Assembly (NCBI GenBank): GCA_009914755.4
Contig: CP068257.2
Coordinates: 2,528,001 to 2,592,000 of the forward strand
Direction: 5' to 3'
DNA length: 64,000 nt
Source: the human T2T-CHM13v2.0 reference genome, Homo sapiens
Position numbers and translations under genes: made by a program. The notes below the pieces were generated by a model. It was not told where the DNA came from, made no database searches, and worked only from the letters and a program-made list of their open reading frames with translations. The stretch's first letter is position 1. Every line of letters starts with the position of its first letter. Below are positions 30,480-46,261 of the stretch, in pieces.

Positions 30480-31145
30480 CTCTGGTTGAATGTTTATATA
30501 TTAACACTGGCCTAACACCGAGGTGATGTGAGTCTTTGGCCTAGACACTTCAAGCAGGAGGCAATGTGACATATCTCTGGGCCTAACAACTATTTGATGT
30601 GACCTGCTTTTTTACCTGAGCGTTTCCCATAAAAGAGACGTGACGTGACATATGTCTAGACCCAGCACCTAGGTGATGTGACTTTCCTTTTTTGACTGAG
30701 CCCTGTGTATTTTGGGTATTCTGATATATCACTGGACCTAACATCTGGAAGACAAGAAGATCCAGCATGGGCCCTGCCTAAAAGTTTCTTGTGACATATT
30801 TCTACGTTAATACCTTGGAGATGTGACTCTCCTCTCTTACCTGGGCTTTACCCATAAGAGAGATGGTTACATATCTCTGCAACAAGCACCTAAATGCCGT
30901 GACCCTTCTTTCTTGCCTGGGTCACGCCCACAGATGAAAGGGTGGCTAATCGCTGTTTCCAGCACACCAGTTATGGGATTATTCTGCCAGATCTCTGCTC
31001 ACAGGAGTCATTGTGACATATCCCTGGGCCCAGAAACTATTTAATATGACTCTTCTCTATTACCTTAACTTCGTGTATAGGATAAATTGTGACATATTTC
31101 TGGGTCCAGCACCTAGGTGATGCAACTCTCCTTTTCTGCATGGAC
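30480..31145 (-). repeat. Same ~75-bp repeat family in inverted orientation (about 9 units)
   Basis: Contains 'attgtgacatat', the reverse complement of 'atatgtcacaat', spaced about every 75 nt, and 'ctgggcccag…cacctaggtgatg…', the reverse complement of the unit core. Confidence 0.65.
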
Positions 31146-31178
31146 TATGCCCCCAGGAAGGAGGCTGATTTATTGCTG

Positions 31179-32029
31179 TGTTGACAGCTGATGTGATACC
31201 TCGGTTCTTGTCTTCTTAGTTTATAAGAATTTAAACAAGAGACACACAGAAAAGAAGTACAACATAATTTATTGGAGAAGAAAAAAAATGTTTGAAAGTT
31301 AAATGCAGAATACAGTACACCATGAGAGAGATATTCCAGGGCGGGCTGCTCATAAGAGTGAGACAGTGTGGATTGTCGCTGGAGAAACCCCCTTATGGGA
31401 GTTTTACGTTATTATTAATAAGAAAAGGGGAAGAGGAGCTGTTAGTAAGCCTGTTCTGAGTGGTCTATTGGGTGCACATGTGCGGTAGCTGTACATGCTT
31501 GTTCATATGTTGCATGTCTCATTAGCATCTTAGACCTGTAGCCAGGAGTGTATTTTTGTTTGTTTGCTTGAGACAGAGTTTCACTCTGTTGCCCAGGCTG
31601 GGGTGCGGTGGTGCAATCTCTCCTCACTGCAACCTCTGCCTCCCGAGTTCAAGCCATTCTCATGCCTCGGCCTCCTGAGTAGCTGGGATTACAGGCATGC
31701 ACCACCAAACCCGGCTAATTTTTGTATTTTTAGTTGAGACGGGGTTTCACTATGTTGGCCAGTCTAGTCTTGAGCTTCTGGTTTCAAGTGATCCATACCC
31801 CTCAGCCTCCCAAAGTGCTGGTAGTACAGGTGTGAGCCACCATGCCCAGCTGGGGGGTGTATTTTTGCTATTAAAATAAGCAAAAGTTAAGTTTGAGGAC
31901 AGGTAAAATCAAAATGCACGTGCTCTCTAGAACAGAAAGTCCTTAATGAAGATAACTTTGCTTGAATGAGCCCAATTACAATGCGAATGCTAAAGCTTAT
32001 TGTTTTGGCTGTACAGTCGCCAGTTTCAA
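31179..32029 (-). mobile_element. Unclassified LTR-like repeat, copy 1 (LTR-X). It is interrupted by an Alu at 31558-31856 and truncated by the LTR5 insertion at 32030. It may continue after 32992 to about 33300.
   Basis: About 82% identical over about 370 nt to 41547-41905 ('tgttgacagctgatgtgatacctcggttcttgtcttcttagtttataagaatttaaacaagagacacacag…' against 'tgttgatggctgatgtaataccttggttcttatcttcttagttaaaaagaatttaaacaagagacacacag…'). It starts with TG. The AATAAA-like 'ttaaaataa(g/a)c' is conserved in both copies. Confidence 0.55.
31558..31856 (-). mobile_element. Alu SINE (antisense) with perfect 11-bp TSDs
   Basis: Poly-T leader, then the Alu body, ending 'gagccaccatgcccagctgg'. TSD 'gtgtatttttg' sits at 31547-31557 and again at 31857-31867. 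Confidence 0.9.
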
Positions 32030-32992
32030 TGAAGGGGAGGCCTGCCCTTCCACACCTGTGGGTGTTTCTCGTCAGGTGGAACTAGAGACTGAGAAAAGAA
32101 AGAGACACAGAGACAAAGTATAGACAAAGAAAATTGGGCTCAGGGGACCAGCGCTCAGCATGCGGAGGACCCGCGCGGGCACTGGTCTCTGAGTTCCCTC
32201 AGTATTTATTGATCATTATCTCTACCATCTTGGAGAGGGGGATATGGCAGGACAATAAGGTAATGGTGGAGAGAGGGTCAGCAGGAAAACATGTGAAGAA
32301 ATGTCTCTGTGTCATAAACAAGGTTAGAAAATGCGCTGTGCCTTGATGTGCACGTATACAAACATCTGGGTGCATTAAAGAGCAGTATTGCCGCCAGCAT
32401 GTCTCAACTCCAGCCCTGAGGTGGTTTTCTCCTATCTCAGTAAATAGAACATACAATCGGTTTTTACACCAAGACATTCCATTGCCCAGGGATGAGCAGG
32501 AGACAGATGGCTTCATCTTATCTCAACTGCAAAGAGGCCTTCCTCTTTTACTAATCCTCCTCAGCACAGACCCTTTATGGGTGTCGGGCTGGAGAATGGC
32601 CAAGTCTTTACCTTCCCAGGAGGCCATATCTGAGGCTATCACGTGGGGAGAAACATTGGACAATAACTGGTTTTCCTAGGCAGAGGTCCCTGTTGCCTTC
32701 CACAGTGTATTGTGTCCCTGGGTACTTGGGATTAGAGAGTGGTGATGAATTTTAACAAGCTTACTGCCTTCAAGCACTTTTTTAACAAAGCACATTCTGC
32801 ATAGCGCTAAATTCATTAAATCGTGACTCAACACATCACAAGTCTCTGTGAGCACAGGGTTGGGGCTAGGGTTACAGATTAACAGCATCTCAAGGCAGAA
32901 TAATTTTTCTTAGTGCAGAACAAAATGGAGTCTTTTATGTCTACTTCTTTCTACATAGACACAGTAACAGTCTGATCTCTCTTTTCCACACA
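32030..32992 (-). mobile_element. HERV-K (HML-2) LTR5-type solo LTR (diverged, LTR5A/B-like), antisense
   Basis: The reverse complement starts 'tgtgtggaaaagagagatcagactgttactgtgtctatgtagaaagaagtagacat…' and ends '…gacgagaaacacccacaggtgtggaagggcaggcctcccc'. It contains '…gatcaataaatactgagggaactcagag…'. It is about 963 bp long and matches my memory of the LTR5 consensus along its whole length. No HERV-K internal sequence lies next to it. Confidence 0.8.
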
Positions 32993-33494
32993 TTTCTGTA
33001 TCCTGAGATCATGGTCATTTCCTTGACTATCTATTCTGCCTCAATTTCCCCCTAAGAGACCTTAGGGTCAAAATCATATTGGAGGTTGAGGGGCTAGGTC
33101 ATTTTTTCTGGAGCTGTTTCCTGCTGAGTGGGTGTTATTTCTGCCTAGCCTGGGCCCTAAAATTTCTTCCTGTGTTATCTAACTGGGTGTAAACCATGTC
33201 ATTCGTGGAGCCAGTGGGCAAGATGTTGGCAGCAAAGGTTGAAAGCCTTGCAAAACCATCATGCAAACATGGAGTTGCCGTAAGCAAGACAGCAAGAAAT
33301 CAGTTAACATTTTAAACAAAATTGGAACAAAAGTAAAAGCTGAAAGTATAGTAATGACTGTTACTATTAAAGAGAGTAAGGCAGGTAACAGACATTGCTT
33401 TCATGTTCCCATGGAAGTTCCTAGAGATTCAATTTTGTCTGCCTGGGTGATGACATTATTAACATTTTCTTGGATTAAACCAGGCTGATTGATC

Positions 33495-33686
33495 TCAAAA
33501 ACAGCATTCTTCTTTTAGATGTAAACATCCTCCTCTTTGCCTAGCTGGGAGAAGATCCCAGGCTCTTTGGTTTTGTCGGACTACAGTGGCCATGGAGTCC
33601 AGATGTTGTTGAAATCTATTGAGGCCCTCTGCTGCTTGTTGCAGACCCATTGAGGCTTTCTGAGATAGTTTATACTGGATTCCCAA
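33495..33686 (-). pseudogene. Gammaretrovirus-type env TM remnant (immunosuppressive-domain region followed by the TM cysteine motif CLHLKEECC)
   Basis: Minus ORF …QQAAEGLNRFQQHLDSMATVVRQNQRAWDLLPARQRGGCLHLKEECCF* compared with the class-I ERV TM consensus LQNRRGLDLLTAE.GG.C..L.EECCFY. A stop follows immediately, so it is degraded. Confidence 0.6.
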
Positions 33687-34954
33687 GGCTCCACCTTATG
33701 GTGACATTTGTGCTGCAAAAGTATTTTGCATTAACATTTTGAAAGCAACAAATGCTTTAAGTATTTTCTATTTTTTGCCAATAAGCAAAATTTTGTGCAG
33801 CTAAGTTGGCAGCAGTCATTCGGTTCGTTTATGGATGGTGCAGTTGAACGGTGGTCAAAGTTAGAGCCTGGAAGCCTTCAGTAAATGCGCTGAAGTTGTC
33901 TGAGGGCCATCAGAGTTGTTGCTTATATTGTATTAGATCATTTATTGAGAGTAGAACAAGCACACTGGTGGACCTCTCTCCATTTGGGACTTTCTGTACG
34001 GGGAGAAATTTCTCTGGCCCTGGATGGTGTGAAGTCTCACTGTAACTGCAGCTGGGCTGGTCTCTATTGTATCTGGCAAAGGCCGATAGAGAGGAGCATA
34101 AGGAGGAGGTTAAACAAGCTTAGATTCTACAGAAGACTCTGATAGTTTGGAGACGCTGGGGATTCTAAAGGAGGTGTGTGCCCCTGAGGGCCCCTATCTG
34201 GAGCTGGTGTTGGGCTGTGGGGTCTGAGGTCCCTTCCCCTTAATAAGAGATGATCTTCTAATGGTTCTGAGGGGCTTTCTGGCTTACTAGGCTTTAGCCC
34301 ACAGGTGCTGCATAGAGCTGGGTTTTGTTGTCAGGCCAGAAAGTCTTGCACATAGGATACTTCAGACCATTTTCCCTGATTTCCACAGAAACCATCTAGC
34401 TGGAGGATGGAGTTAAAGTTCACAGTCTCATTCTCCAGCCATGTTTTGTCAGCTAATCTGTAGGCAGGGTAAATAGTGTTACAAAAGAAGATAAGGTTTT
34501 CTTTTTTCTAAGTTTATTTAACCAAAAGCTGTTCAAATTTTTAGATATACATCCCAGGGGTGTTTCAGTGACAGTAGAGGAAGTGGCTCCCACGGTGCCG
34601 AGAGAATCGTGCAACAACAGAACATTTACTGAAGACCAGAAGGCTGTGGGCATCCTCATGAGCCAAGTGGAACCACCATGGTGTCCAGCTCATCCCCTTG
34701 AAACCCCATTAACTGAAGCTCAAGGAGGTCATAGGCATTTGCTATACACCATCCTAGCTCTCACCAGTGGTAGACATCTCTAGCCCTACCAAGATGACCC
34801 CCACTGCTGGCTGGGGGGCAGATGTCTGGCTGACAAGGCTTGCCCAAATTCACTGGTTTGCCATTTGAGATGCCCGATTATAACACCTGGAATGCTCAGA
34901 TGCAATCCCTATGACCGGGCATCTACATGACTGTGCATCTTTTGTTCAGTAAAG

Positions 34955-34964
34955 AAAGCCTGTT
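34955..34964. repeat. 5' TSD of the full-length L1 (aaagcctgtt)
   Basis: The identical 10-mer lies at 41040-41049, right after the L1 A-tail. Confidence 0.8.
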
Positions 34965-35870
34965 TGGGGAGGAGCCAAGATGGCTGAATAGGAACAGCTC
35001 CGGTCTACAACTCCCAGCGTGAGCGACACAGAAGACGGGTGATTTCTGCATTTCCATCTGAGGTACCGGGTTCATCCCACTAGGGAGTGCCAGACAGTGG
35101 GCTCAGGTCAATGGGTGCACACACCGTGCAAGAGCCGAAGCAGGGCAAGGCATTGCCTCACTCAGGAAGTGCAAGGGGTCAGGGAGTTCCCTTTCCTAGT
35201 CAAAGAAAGGGGTGACGGACGGCACCTGGAAAATCGGGTCACTCTCACCCGAATACTGCACTTTTCCGACGGGCTTAAAAAACGGTGCACCACGGGATTA
35301 TATCCCGCACCTGGCTCGGAAGGTCCTACACCCACGGAGTCTCGCTGATTGCTAGCGCAGCAGTCTGAGATCAAACTGCAAGGCCGCAGCGAGGCTGGGG
35401 GAGGGGCACCCGCCATCGCCCAGGCTTGCTTAGGTAAACAAAGCAGCCTGAAAACTAGAACTGGGTGGAGCTCACCACAGCTCAAGGAGGCCTGCCTGCC
35501 TCTGTAGGCTCCACTTCTGGGGGCAGGGCACAGACAAACAAAAAGACAGCAGTAACTTCTGCAGACTTAAATGTCCCTGTCTGACAGCTTTGAAGAGAGC
35601 AGTGGTTCTCCCAGTATGCAACTGGAGATCTGAGAAGGGGCAGACTGCCTCCTCAAGTGGGTCCCTGACCCCTGACCACCGAGCAGCCTAACTGGGAGGC
35701 ACCCCCTAACAGGGGCACACTGACACCTCACACGGCAGTGTACTCCAACAGACCTGCAGCTGAGGGTCCTCTCGGTTAGAATGAAAACTAACAAACAGAA
35801 AGGACATCCACACAAAAGCCCATCTGTACATCACCATCATCAAAGACCAAAAGGAGATAAAACCACAAAG

Positions 35871-36617
35871 ATGGGGAAAAAACAGAACAGAAAAACTGGA
35901 AACTCTAAAAAGCAGAGTGCCACTCCTCCTCCAAAGGAACGCAGTTCCTCACCAGCAACGGAACAAAGCTGGATGGAGAATGACTTTGACGAGCTGAAAG
36001 AAGAAGGCTTCAGACGATCAAATTACTCTGAGCTATGGGAGTACATTCAAACCAAAGGCAAAGAAGTTGAAAACTTTGAAAAAAATTTAGAAGAATGTAT
36101 AACTAGAATAACCAATACAGAGAAGTGCTTAAAGGAGCTCATGGAGCTGAAAACCAAGGCTTGAGAACTACGTGAAGAATGCAGAAGCCTCAGGAGCCGA
36201 TGCGATCAACTGGAAGAAAGGTTATCAGCGATGGAAGATGAAATGAATGAAATGAAGCGAGAAGGGAAGTTTAGAGAAAAAAGAATAAAAAGAAATGAGC
36301 AAAGCCTCCAAGAAATAAGGGACTATGTGAAAAGACCAAATCTACGTCTGCTTGGTGTACCTGAAAGTGATGGGGAGAAAGGAACCAAGATGGAAAACAC
36401 TCTGCAGGATATTATCCAGGAGAACTTCCCCAATCTAGCAAGGCAGGCCAACATTCAGATTCAGGAAATACAGAGAACGCCACAAAGATACTCCTTGAGA
36501 AGAGCAACTCCAAGACACATAATTGTCAGATTCACAAAAGTTGAAATGAAGGAAAAAATGTTAAGGGCAGCCAGACAGAAAGGTCGGGTTACCCTCAAAG
36601 GGAAGCCCATCAGATGA
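35871..36617 (+). pseudogene. L1 ORF1p (of the full-length element) with two premature stops
   Basis: MGKKQNRKTGNSKKQSATPPPKERSSSPATEQSWMENDFDELKEEGFRRSNYSELWEYIQTKGKEVENFEKNLEECITRITNTEKCLKELMELKTKA, stopped at 36164 (CGA to TGA context). The frame resumes at 36231 and stops again at 36617. Confidence 0.8.
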
Positions 36618-36950
36618 ACAGCGGATCTCTCGGCAGAAACCCTACAAGCCAGAAGAGAGTGGGGGCCAATATTCAACATTCTTAAAGAAAAGAATTTTCA
36701 ACCCAGAATTTCATATCCAGCCAAACTAAGCTTCATAAGTGAAGGAGAAATAAAATCCTTTACAGACAAGCAAATGCTGACAGATTTTGTCACCACCAGG
36801 CCTGCCTTAAAAGAGCTCCTGAAGGAAGCGCTAAACATGGAAAGGAACAACCGATACCAGCCACTGCAAAATCATGCCAAAATGTAAAGTTCATCGAGAC
36901 TAGGAAGAAACTGCATCAACTAACGAGCAAAATAACCAGCTAACATCATC

Positions 36951-40782
<3,832 letters not shown>

Positions 40783-41039
40783 ACAATGAGATCACATGGA
40801 CACAGGAAGGGGAACATCACACTCTGGAGACTGTTGTGGGGTGGGGGGAGGGGGGAGGGATAGCATTGGGAGATATACCTAATGCTAGATGACGAGTTAG
40901 TGGGTGCAGCGCACCAGCATGGCACATGTATACATATGTAACTAACCTGCACAATGTGCACATGTACCCTAAAACTTAAAGTATAATAAAAAAAAGAAAA
41001 AAACATAAAAAAATAAAAAGAAAAATTAAAAAGAAAAAA

Positions 41040-41049
41040 AAAGCCTGTT
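41040..41049. repeat. 3' TSD of the full-length L1 (aaagcctgtt)
   Basis: Matches 34955-34964. Confidence 0.8.
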
Positions 41050-41524
41050 GAAGAACAATTTTAAGGAGCTGGGAAATGCATAAAGCCTGAACGGACAGGG
41101 TTCTCTTAATGTGCCGCTCAAAACAAAACAAAAATTTTTGTGAACAGAAAACCTGACCAGAAAAATACATTACAATGACCACTAGGTGGCGATGGAGTAT
41201 TGCTGAAGGGACAGGAAACAATAAGCTGAGTCTGAACTGTGGCCAGAAAGATGTGAAACTAAGCAGCAAAGCAGCCCAAATATGAAATATTGATTGCAAC
41301 CTATGTGGTTAGTTTATTTATCGATACCACAGAAGTAGCAGCCAAAAGGAGAGCGGACATATATTCTCTCTCTAAAGAATAAAGTTGACTTAAAAACGTT
41401 TCCCCCAGAACTTTACTGAAATAGCACTGGAACAAGCAGCGATAGTTAACCAGGGAGTCTGGAACTGCCATAGTATTCACTGAAAGAAAAGGGAAACTGA
41501 AATTAATGAAGCAGACAAACCTCT

Positions 41525-41542
41525 CCCCAGGTCATGATACCA
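41525..41542 (-). promoter_or_regulatory. Possible primer-binding site (weak tRNA-Glu-like) next to LTR-X copy 2
   Basis: The minus strand reads …tcaaca|tttc|TGGTATCATGACCTGGGG. This starts with TGG, 4 nt after the LTR's terminal CA, and matches the tRNA-Glu PBS TGGTTCCCTGACCGGGAA at about 14 of 18 positions. That is weak. Confidence 0.25.
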
Positions 41543-41546
41543 GAAA

Positions 41547-42640
41547 TGTTGATGGCTGATGTAATACCTTGGTTCTTATCTTCTTAGTTAAAAAGAATTT
41601 AAACAAGAGACACACAGCAAAAGAAGTACAGCATAATTTATTGCAAAAAAAAAGAGAATATTTTGAAAATTAATTGCAGAATAGACGGTACAGTCTGAGA
41701 AAGAGATTCCAGGGCAGCCTGCTCATAAAAGTGAGACAGCGCTAATTATTGCTGGAGAAACCCCCTTTATGGGAGTTTTGCATGATTATTCATAAGAAGG
41801 TGGAAAGAAGCGTTGCAGAAAGCATGTTCTGTACACATTTGTGCATACAATGCTTGTCTCATTAGCATCTTAAATCTCCACCCAGGAATGTGTTTTTTAC
41901 TGTTAAAATAAACAAAGGGTCAGGTTGCATTCTAAAATGCAAATGCTTTTTAGAAGTAAAAGCCCCTACTGATGATAGCGGGTTTCAAATGACCCCAAGT
42001 GCTCCACATCTTAAAAGTTGCTCCCATAAAGCTGGAACACTATCTGTTCCTGAGGTATCAGGTCCCATATGTGGCTCTGAGTTACTGGCAAGCCAGGCCT
42101 GACTTGAGATGAGACCATTAATTTCAAGTGTAAAATGCCTAAATAGTCAGCAACTTCAGGTTGCATTTTGGAGCTTGTCCACTTAAATGGGTTGATGAAA
42201 ATGGCTCACAAGACTCACGCTTCGGAGTCTAAGCAGATTTTGTGCAACCCAATAATTAAACTTCTGATGACTAGACTTTCACAGTTGTGAAAAAGGCGAC
42301 TTTGAGAGTGATATTTCCAGGAAGCCACAGCCCTTGTCACCCCCTGCAGAGCTCTGAAGCTGCTCACAAGCAGGCCAGGTGAAAGATTTCTCTCAAAAAC
42401 GGTTGAGTGCGTGCTCTGGCTAGAGAAAAAAGAGGGCTGCGGCATAATGGACAGTGTCTCGGACATCAGGAAAGTTTACACAGCAGTTTAGGAAAAAAGG
42501 CAGCGCCTAGGGCTGCAGAAGACGTAATGCTCTGGAAAGAACCCTGGGTGCAATTGAAAGAGGAACCTGAGAATGATAGGCTCAATCGGGTGAGGACAAA
42601 GCGGCCATTTGGGAAAAGGGAAGGTGTCTTCGTAGAGTAA
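41547..42640 (-). mobile_element. Unclassified LTR-like repeat, copy 2 (LTR-X). It aligns securely to copy 1 over 41547-41905 and more weakly to about 42640.
   Basis: See copy 1. The homology weakens (about 65-70%) further 3', e.g. 'ctgttcctgaggtatcaggtc' (42050) against 'ctgtatcctgagatcatggtc' (32996). Confidence 0.5.
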
Positions 42641-43682
42641 TACCCTCCTCAATGCCCAGCCCAGACCTGCCCTCCAGGTGCACCTCTGTACTCACTCTCC
42701 TTGCAAAGAGTCGGCATAGCATAAGAACTCAGCAGTGCTTTGGACTCCGGGAAGTCCACACCACTCTGACCCTTCCTCCAGGGCTATGCACCCCGGATCC
42801 TGGTACATGCTGGGAGTATAGTTCTGAAGCCTAACGACAAACAGACTGAAAGTAGTTAACGGACTACAGCTCCCAGCATATTAGGTGGGGCGCGTACCAA
42901 TCTGCCCCTTCTTCCAGGTCTGTGCCTCGCCCTGGAGCCTGGCGCATGCTGGGATTGTAGTCCTGTAGCCCTTTGACAAAGGGTTGGGAGTGTTTATGAG
43001 AATACATCTTCCAGCAATCCTAGGGAGGCGCACACAGCCCAGTCTCTTCCTCCAGTGACACGCATTGTCCCTGAGACTAGTGCATGCTAAGATTGTAGTC
43101 CTGCAGCTCTTAGAGGAAAGGGCTGGAAGAGTTTATGAGCATATATCTCCCAGCAAACCTAGGGAGATGCACACAGCCCCGTTTATTTTTCCAGTGAAGC
43201 GCACTGTCCCTGACCCCGGTGAATACTGGGATGGTAGTCCTGTAGCCACGGGACCGGAAAGTCTGGGAGTCTTTATGAAACTACATCTCCCAGCAAGTAG
43301 AAGGAGGCACCCACAGTCCGGTCTCTTCCACCAGTAATGGGCACTGTCCCCGAGCTGTGTGCATGCTGGGACTGTAGTCTTGCAGCCCGGTGATGAAAGG
43401 GCTGGGAGTTTATGAGACTACATCTCCCAGCAAGCCCACCGAGGCGCGCATGGCCCTGCCTCTTCCTCCAGTGACGCGCACTTTCCCTAAGTCCGTTGCA
43501 TGCTAGGATTGTAGTGTTGCAGCCCTGTAACCAAAGGACTGGGAGCGTTTATGAGACTGCATCTCCCAGCAAGACCAGCGAGAAGTGCGGAGCGTCGTCC
43601 CTTCCTCCAGAGATTAGCGCACTCTCCCTGAGCCTGGTGCATTCTGAGATTGCAGTGCTGCAGCCCTGTGACCAAAGAGCTT
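42640..43682. repeat. About 138-bp CpG-containing tandem repeat, about 7.5 diverged units
   Basis: Recurring '…cttcctccagtgacgcgcactgtccctgag.c.ggtgcatgctgggattgtagtcctgcagccc.ttgacaaagggctgggagtgtttatgagactacatctcccagcaa.cctagggaggcgcacacagcc…'. The anchor 'tgtagtcctg' recurs at about 42960, 43097, 43237, 43372, 43511 and 43650. Confidence 0.75.
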
Positions 43683-44279
43683 TGTTATAGTTATCTGTGA
43701 AGTATTCAACAAACTACTTTACTTAATTATTACTGGAAGCCAGAACCTCAGTTGCGTTCACTTTTTGGATTTTATATGAGTGAAATTGTATAATATTTAT
43801 ACTTTTACATCGACTTTCTTCTATGCAACATTATAATTACGGTATTAACTCATGATATTGCAGATAGCTATAGTTTGTTTATTTAAAAATTATTTTTTTT
43901 ACTTTGTGGTAAAGTGTACATCAAATTAACCATTTTAGCTATTGTAAGTGTGCAGCTCAGAAAAATTAACTACATTCACATTGTTTTGCAACTATCATTC
44001 CCATTTATAGGGACCTTCTTTCAACTTGCAGAAACAAAACTCTATACCCATTAAATAAGCTCCTTGTTACTCCCCCTCAGGCTCCTAGGAACCACTCTTC
44101 TACTTGGGTTTCTAGTATTTCTTTACTCTAAGTATCTTATAATTGGAATGATTCAGTATTTGTTCTTTTATGACTGGCTCGTGTCACTTTGCACAATGTC
44201 CTTAAGGTTCATGCATGACATACCATGTGTCAGAATTTCCTTATTTTACATAGCTGAATAATATTCCACTGTATGTATA

Positions 44280-45010
44280 AATCACATTTTATCTATTAAT
44301 TCACTGATGGTAATTCAAACAACACTTGAGTAATTCAAACAGCTTTCTGGTGATGTGAGTAATGTTGCTGTGAACCTAGGTGTACGTGTATTATTTTCTG
44401 TCTTTGCTTTCCTATCTTTTGCTACATACCTAGATGTGAAATTGCTGGATCGTATGGTGAAATTACGTGTAAATTTTTTAGTTACTATGTTGTTATTTTA
44501 TAGTAGCTGTAGCATTTTACATTTCCACCAACAGTGTACAAGGGTTCTAATTGCTCCACATCCTCACCAACACTTGTGATTTTCTGTTTTGTTTTCTTTC
44601 TTTTGGTAGTAGCTATGCTGATGGGTATTAAGTGATATGTCATTTGGGGTTAGATTTGCATTTCACTAATGATGAGTTTTGTTGAGCATCTTTTCATGTG
44701 CTTATTAGCCACTTTACATAATTTTTAGAGAAATGTCTGCTTAGGATTTTTGCCAATATTTTAAACAGGTAGCTTGTGTTATTGTTGCTGAATTGTTCTT
44801 TGCGTATTCTGGATAGATTCTGATTCATCTATTTTTCTTTTGTTTCATGTGTTTTGGTTGTCCTGTTTAAAAAAAAAAAAACACTGCCAAATCCAGTGTA
44901 TGACATGTTTCCCCTATATTTTGTTCTAAGAATTTTGTAGTTTTAGTTCTTACATTTAGGTATTTGATCCAGTTAGTTAATTTTTTCTTATGGTATAAGT
45001 GAAGGGCCCA
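44280..45010 (-). mobile_element. Old L1 (L1M-type) ORF2 C-terminal fragment, antisense
   Basis: The reverse complement encodes the conserved L1 ORF2 C-terminus (…[45 protein letters not shown]…NKCW.GCGEIGT). Example: 'tccacatcctcaccaacacttg' is the reverse complement of 'caagtgttggtgaggatgtgga'. Confidence 0.6.
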
Positions 45011-45589
45011 GGTTCATTCTTTTACTTATGGGTACCCAATTTCGCCAGCACCGTTCTGCCTCTGACTGTCGGTCCTGTGTGGGTTTACTTGGAGGTGCTT
45101 TGCCTTGGAGAAAGGAGGCGGGTGGACAGTCGGGGGGCAATACAGCCCTGATAACACCTTGACTTAAGCCCAGTAAGACACGTGAGCAACAGGCCCCCTT
45201 GCAGAGGGCAAAGCAAAGTGGAATCCGAAACCACACTTCAGTCGGCCTAAGTGTGACTCCTGTGAGGACGGGACTATCCGCCTCGCGCTCCTTTGCAGGC
45301 TCAACGTGGGGCTATCTCATCTGTGAACCATGTGGATGAAAAATGGACAACCACCCGAGTCTCGGCTCATTGCTCTCTGGGCGATTCTCTCATTCCCTGG
45401 GAGACGAAATTCGTCTGAATCGCTCCCGGATGAAGTAATCCAGGCTGGTGATCTGGAGGGCCGGTGAGCGCCCCGCAGGCCAACGCGGCTGTGGGCCGAC
45501 CACTTAGACCGCACTGGGCACCCAACATTTTTCCTTAGTGCGAGTTCCTGCTGGTCCTGGAGGCAGAAGACCGCTTTTCTCTCTGCCTT

Positions 45590-45720
45590 CCTTTCTCTGT
45601 CCCTTCCTTCCTCCCTCCTTCCCTCTCTTCCTCCTTTTATCCCTCCATCCCTTCCAAGGTCCCTCCGTCCATCCGTTCTTTCCTCCCTCCATCGCTCCCT
45701 CCCTCTCTGTCTCCGTTCGT
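45590..45720 (+). repeat. Polypyrimidine (TCCC/TTCC)n low-complexity tract
   Basis: 'ccttcctttctctgtcccttccttcctccctccttccctctcttcctccttttatccctccatcccttcc…ctccctccctctctgtctcc'. Confidence 0.7.
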
Positions 45721-46261
45721 CTCCTGCTCTCTGCCTGAGTTCCCTCCCGCGTAGAAAGGGCAGCACCCCGGTTTGCGCGGGGACTCTGGTCTGCATTTAG
45801 CTGTCAGGCGCTCCACGGTGATGGCGAGGAAGCTGGCGGGGCACGGGTAGGCGAGTGACGGTGGCGGGGGGAGGCAGAGGCGGCGAGACGGGGAAAGAAG
45901 AGCATGCCTGGCGGCTGCCCGCGTCAGTGTTTCCCGAGATGGGGGTCTCCGCCCACTGTACTGAAGAACGCGGGTGGGTGGGGGGAAAAGGGATGAGAGC
46001 TCCGCCTGGACTAGTTAGAAAACCTAGGCTGCTGCCTGCAAACCCGCGCATGAGCAGTAGACAGTCTACCTCCCGGTACCTGGACGGGCTCTGGGATCCC
46101 CGGGATGCTCGGGAAAGAATGACGGCCCTCCACTGTGTGGGGTCTCTCACGGGACCTGGAACTCAGAGATCCTAGGCAGGTCAGCTGGAAGGGAAGACAC
46201 GCCTCTCCATACCGAGTCAGAGGTTCACCACGAAAGAGAGGCCGCCGCCCCAACCCCGCGC

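Noticed and set aside
32030-32992. HERV-K LTR5 taken as the 3' LTR of a HERV-K provirus.
   Set aside because: The adjacent internal sequence carries a gamma-type TM motif, not HERV-K env, and no second LTR5 or HML-2 gag/pol lies nearby. It is best read as a solo LTR inserted into an older element. A candidate 5-6 bp TSD (gtttca / atttct) is imperfect.
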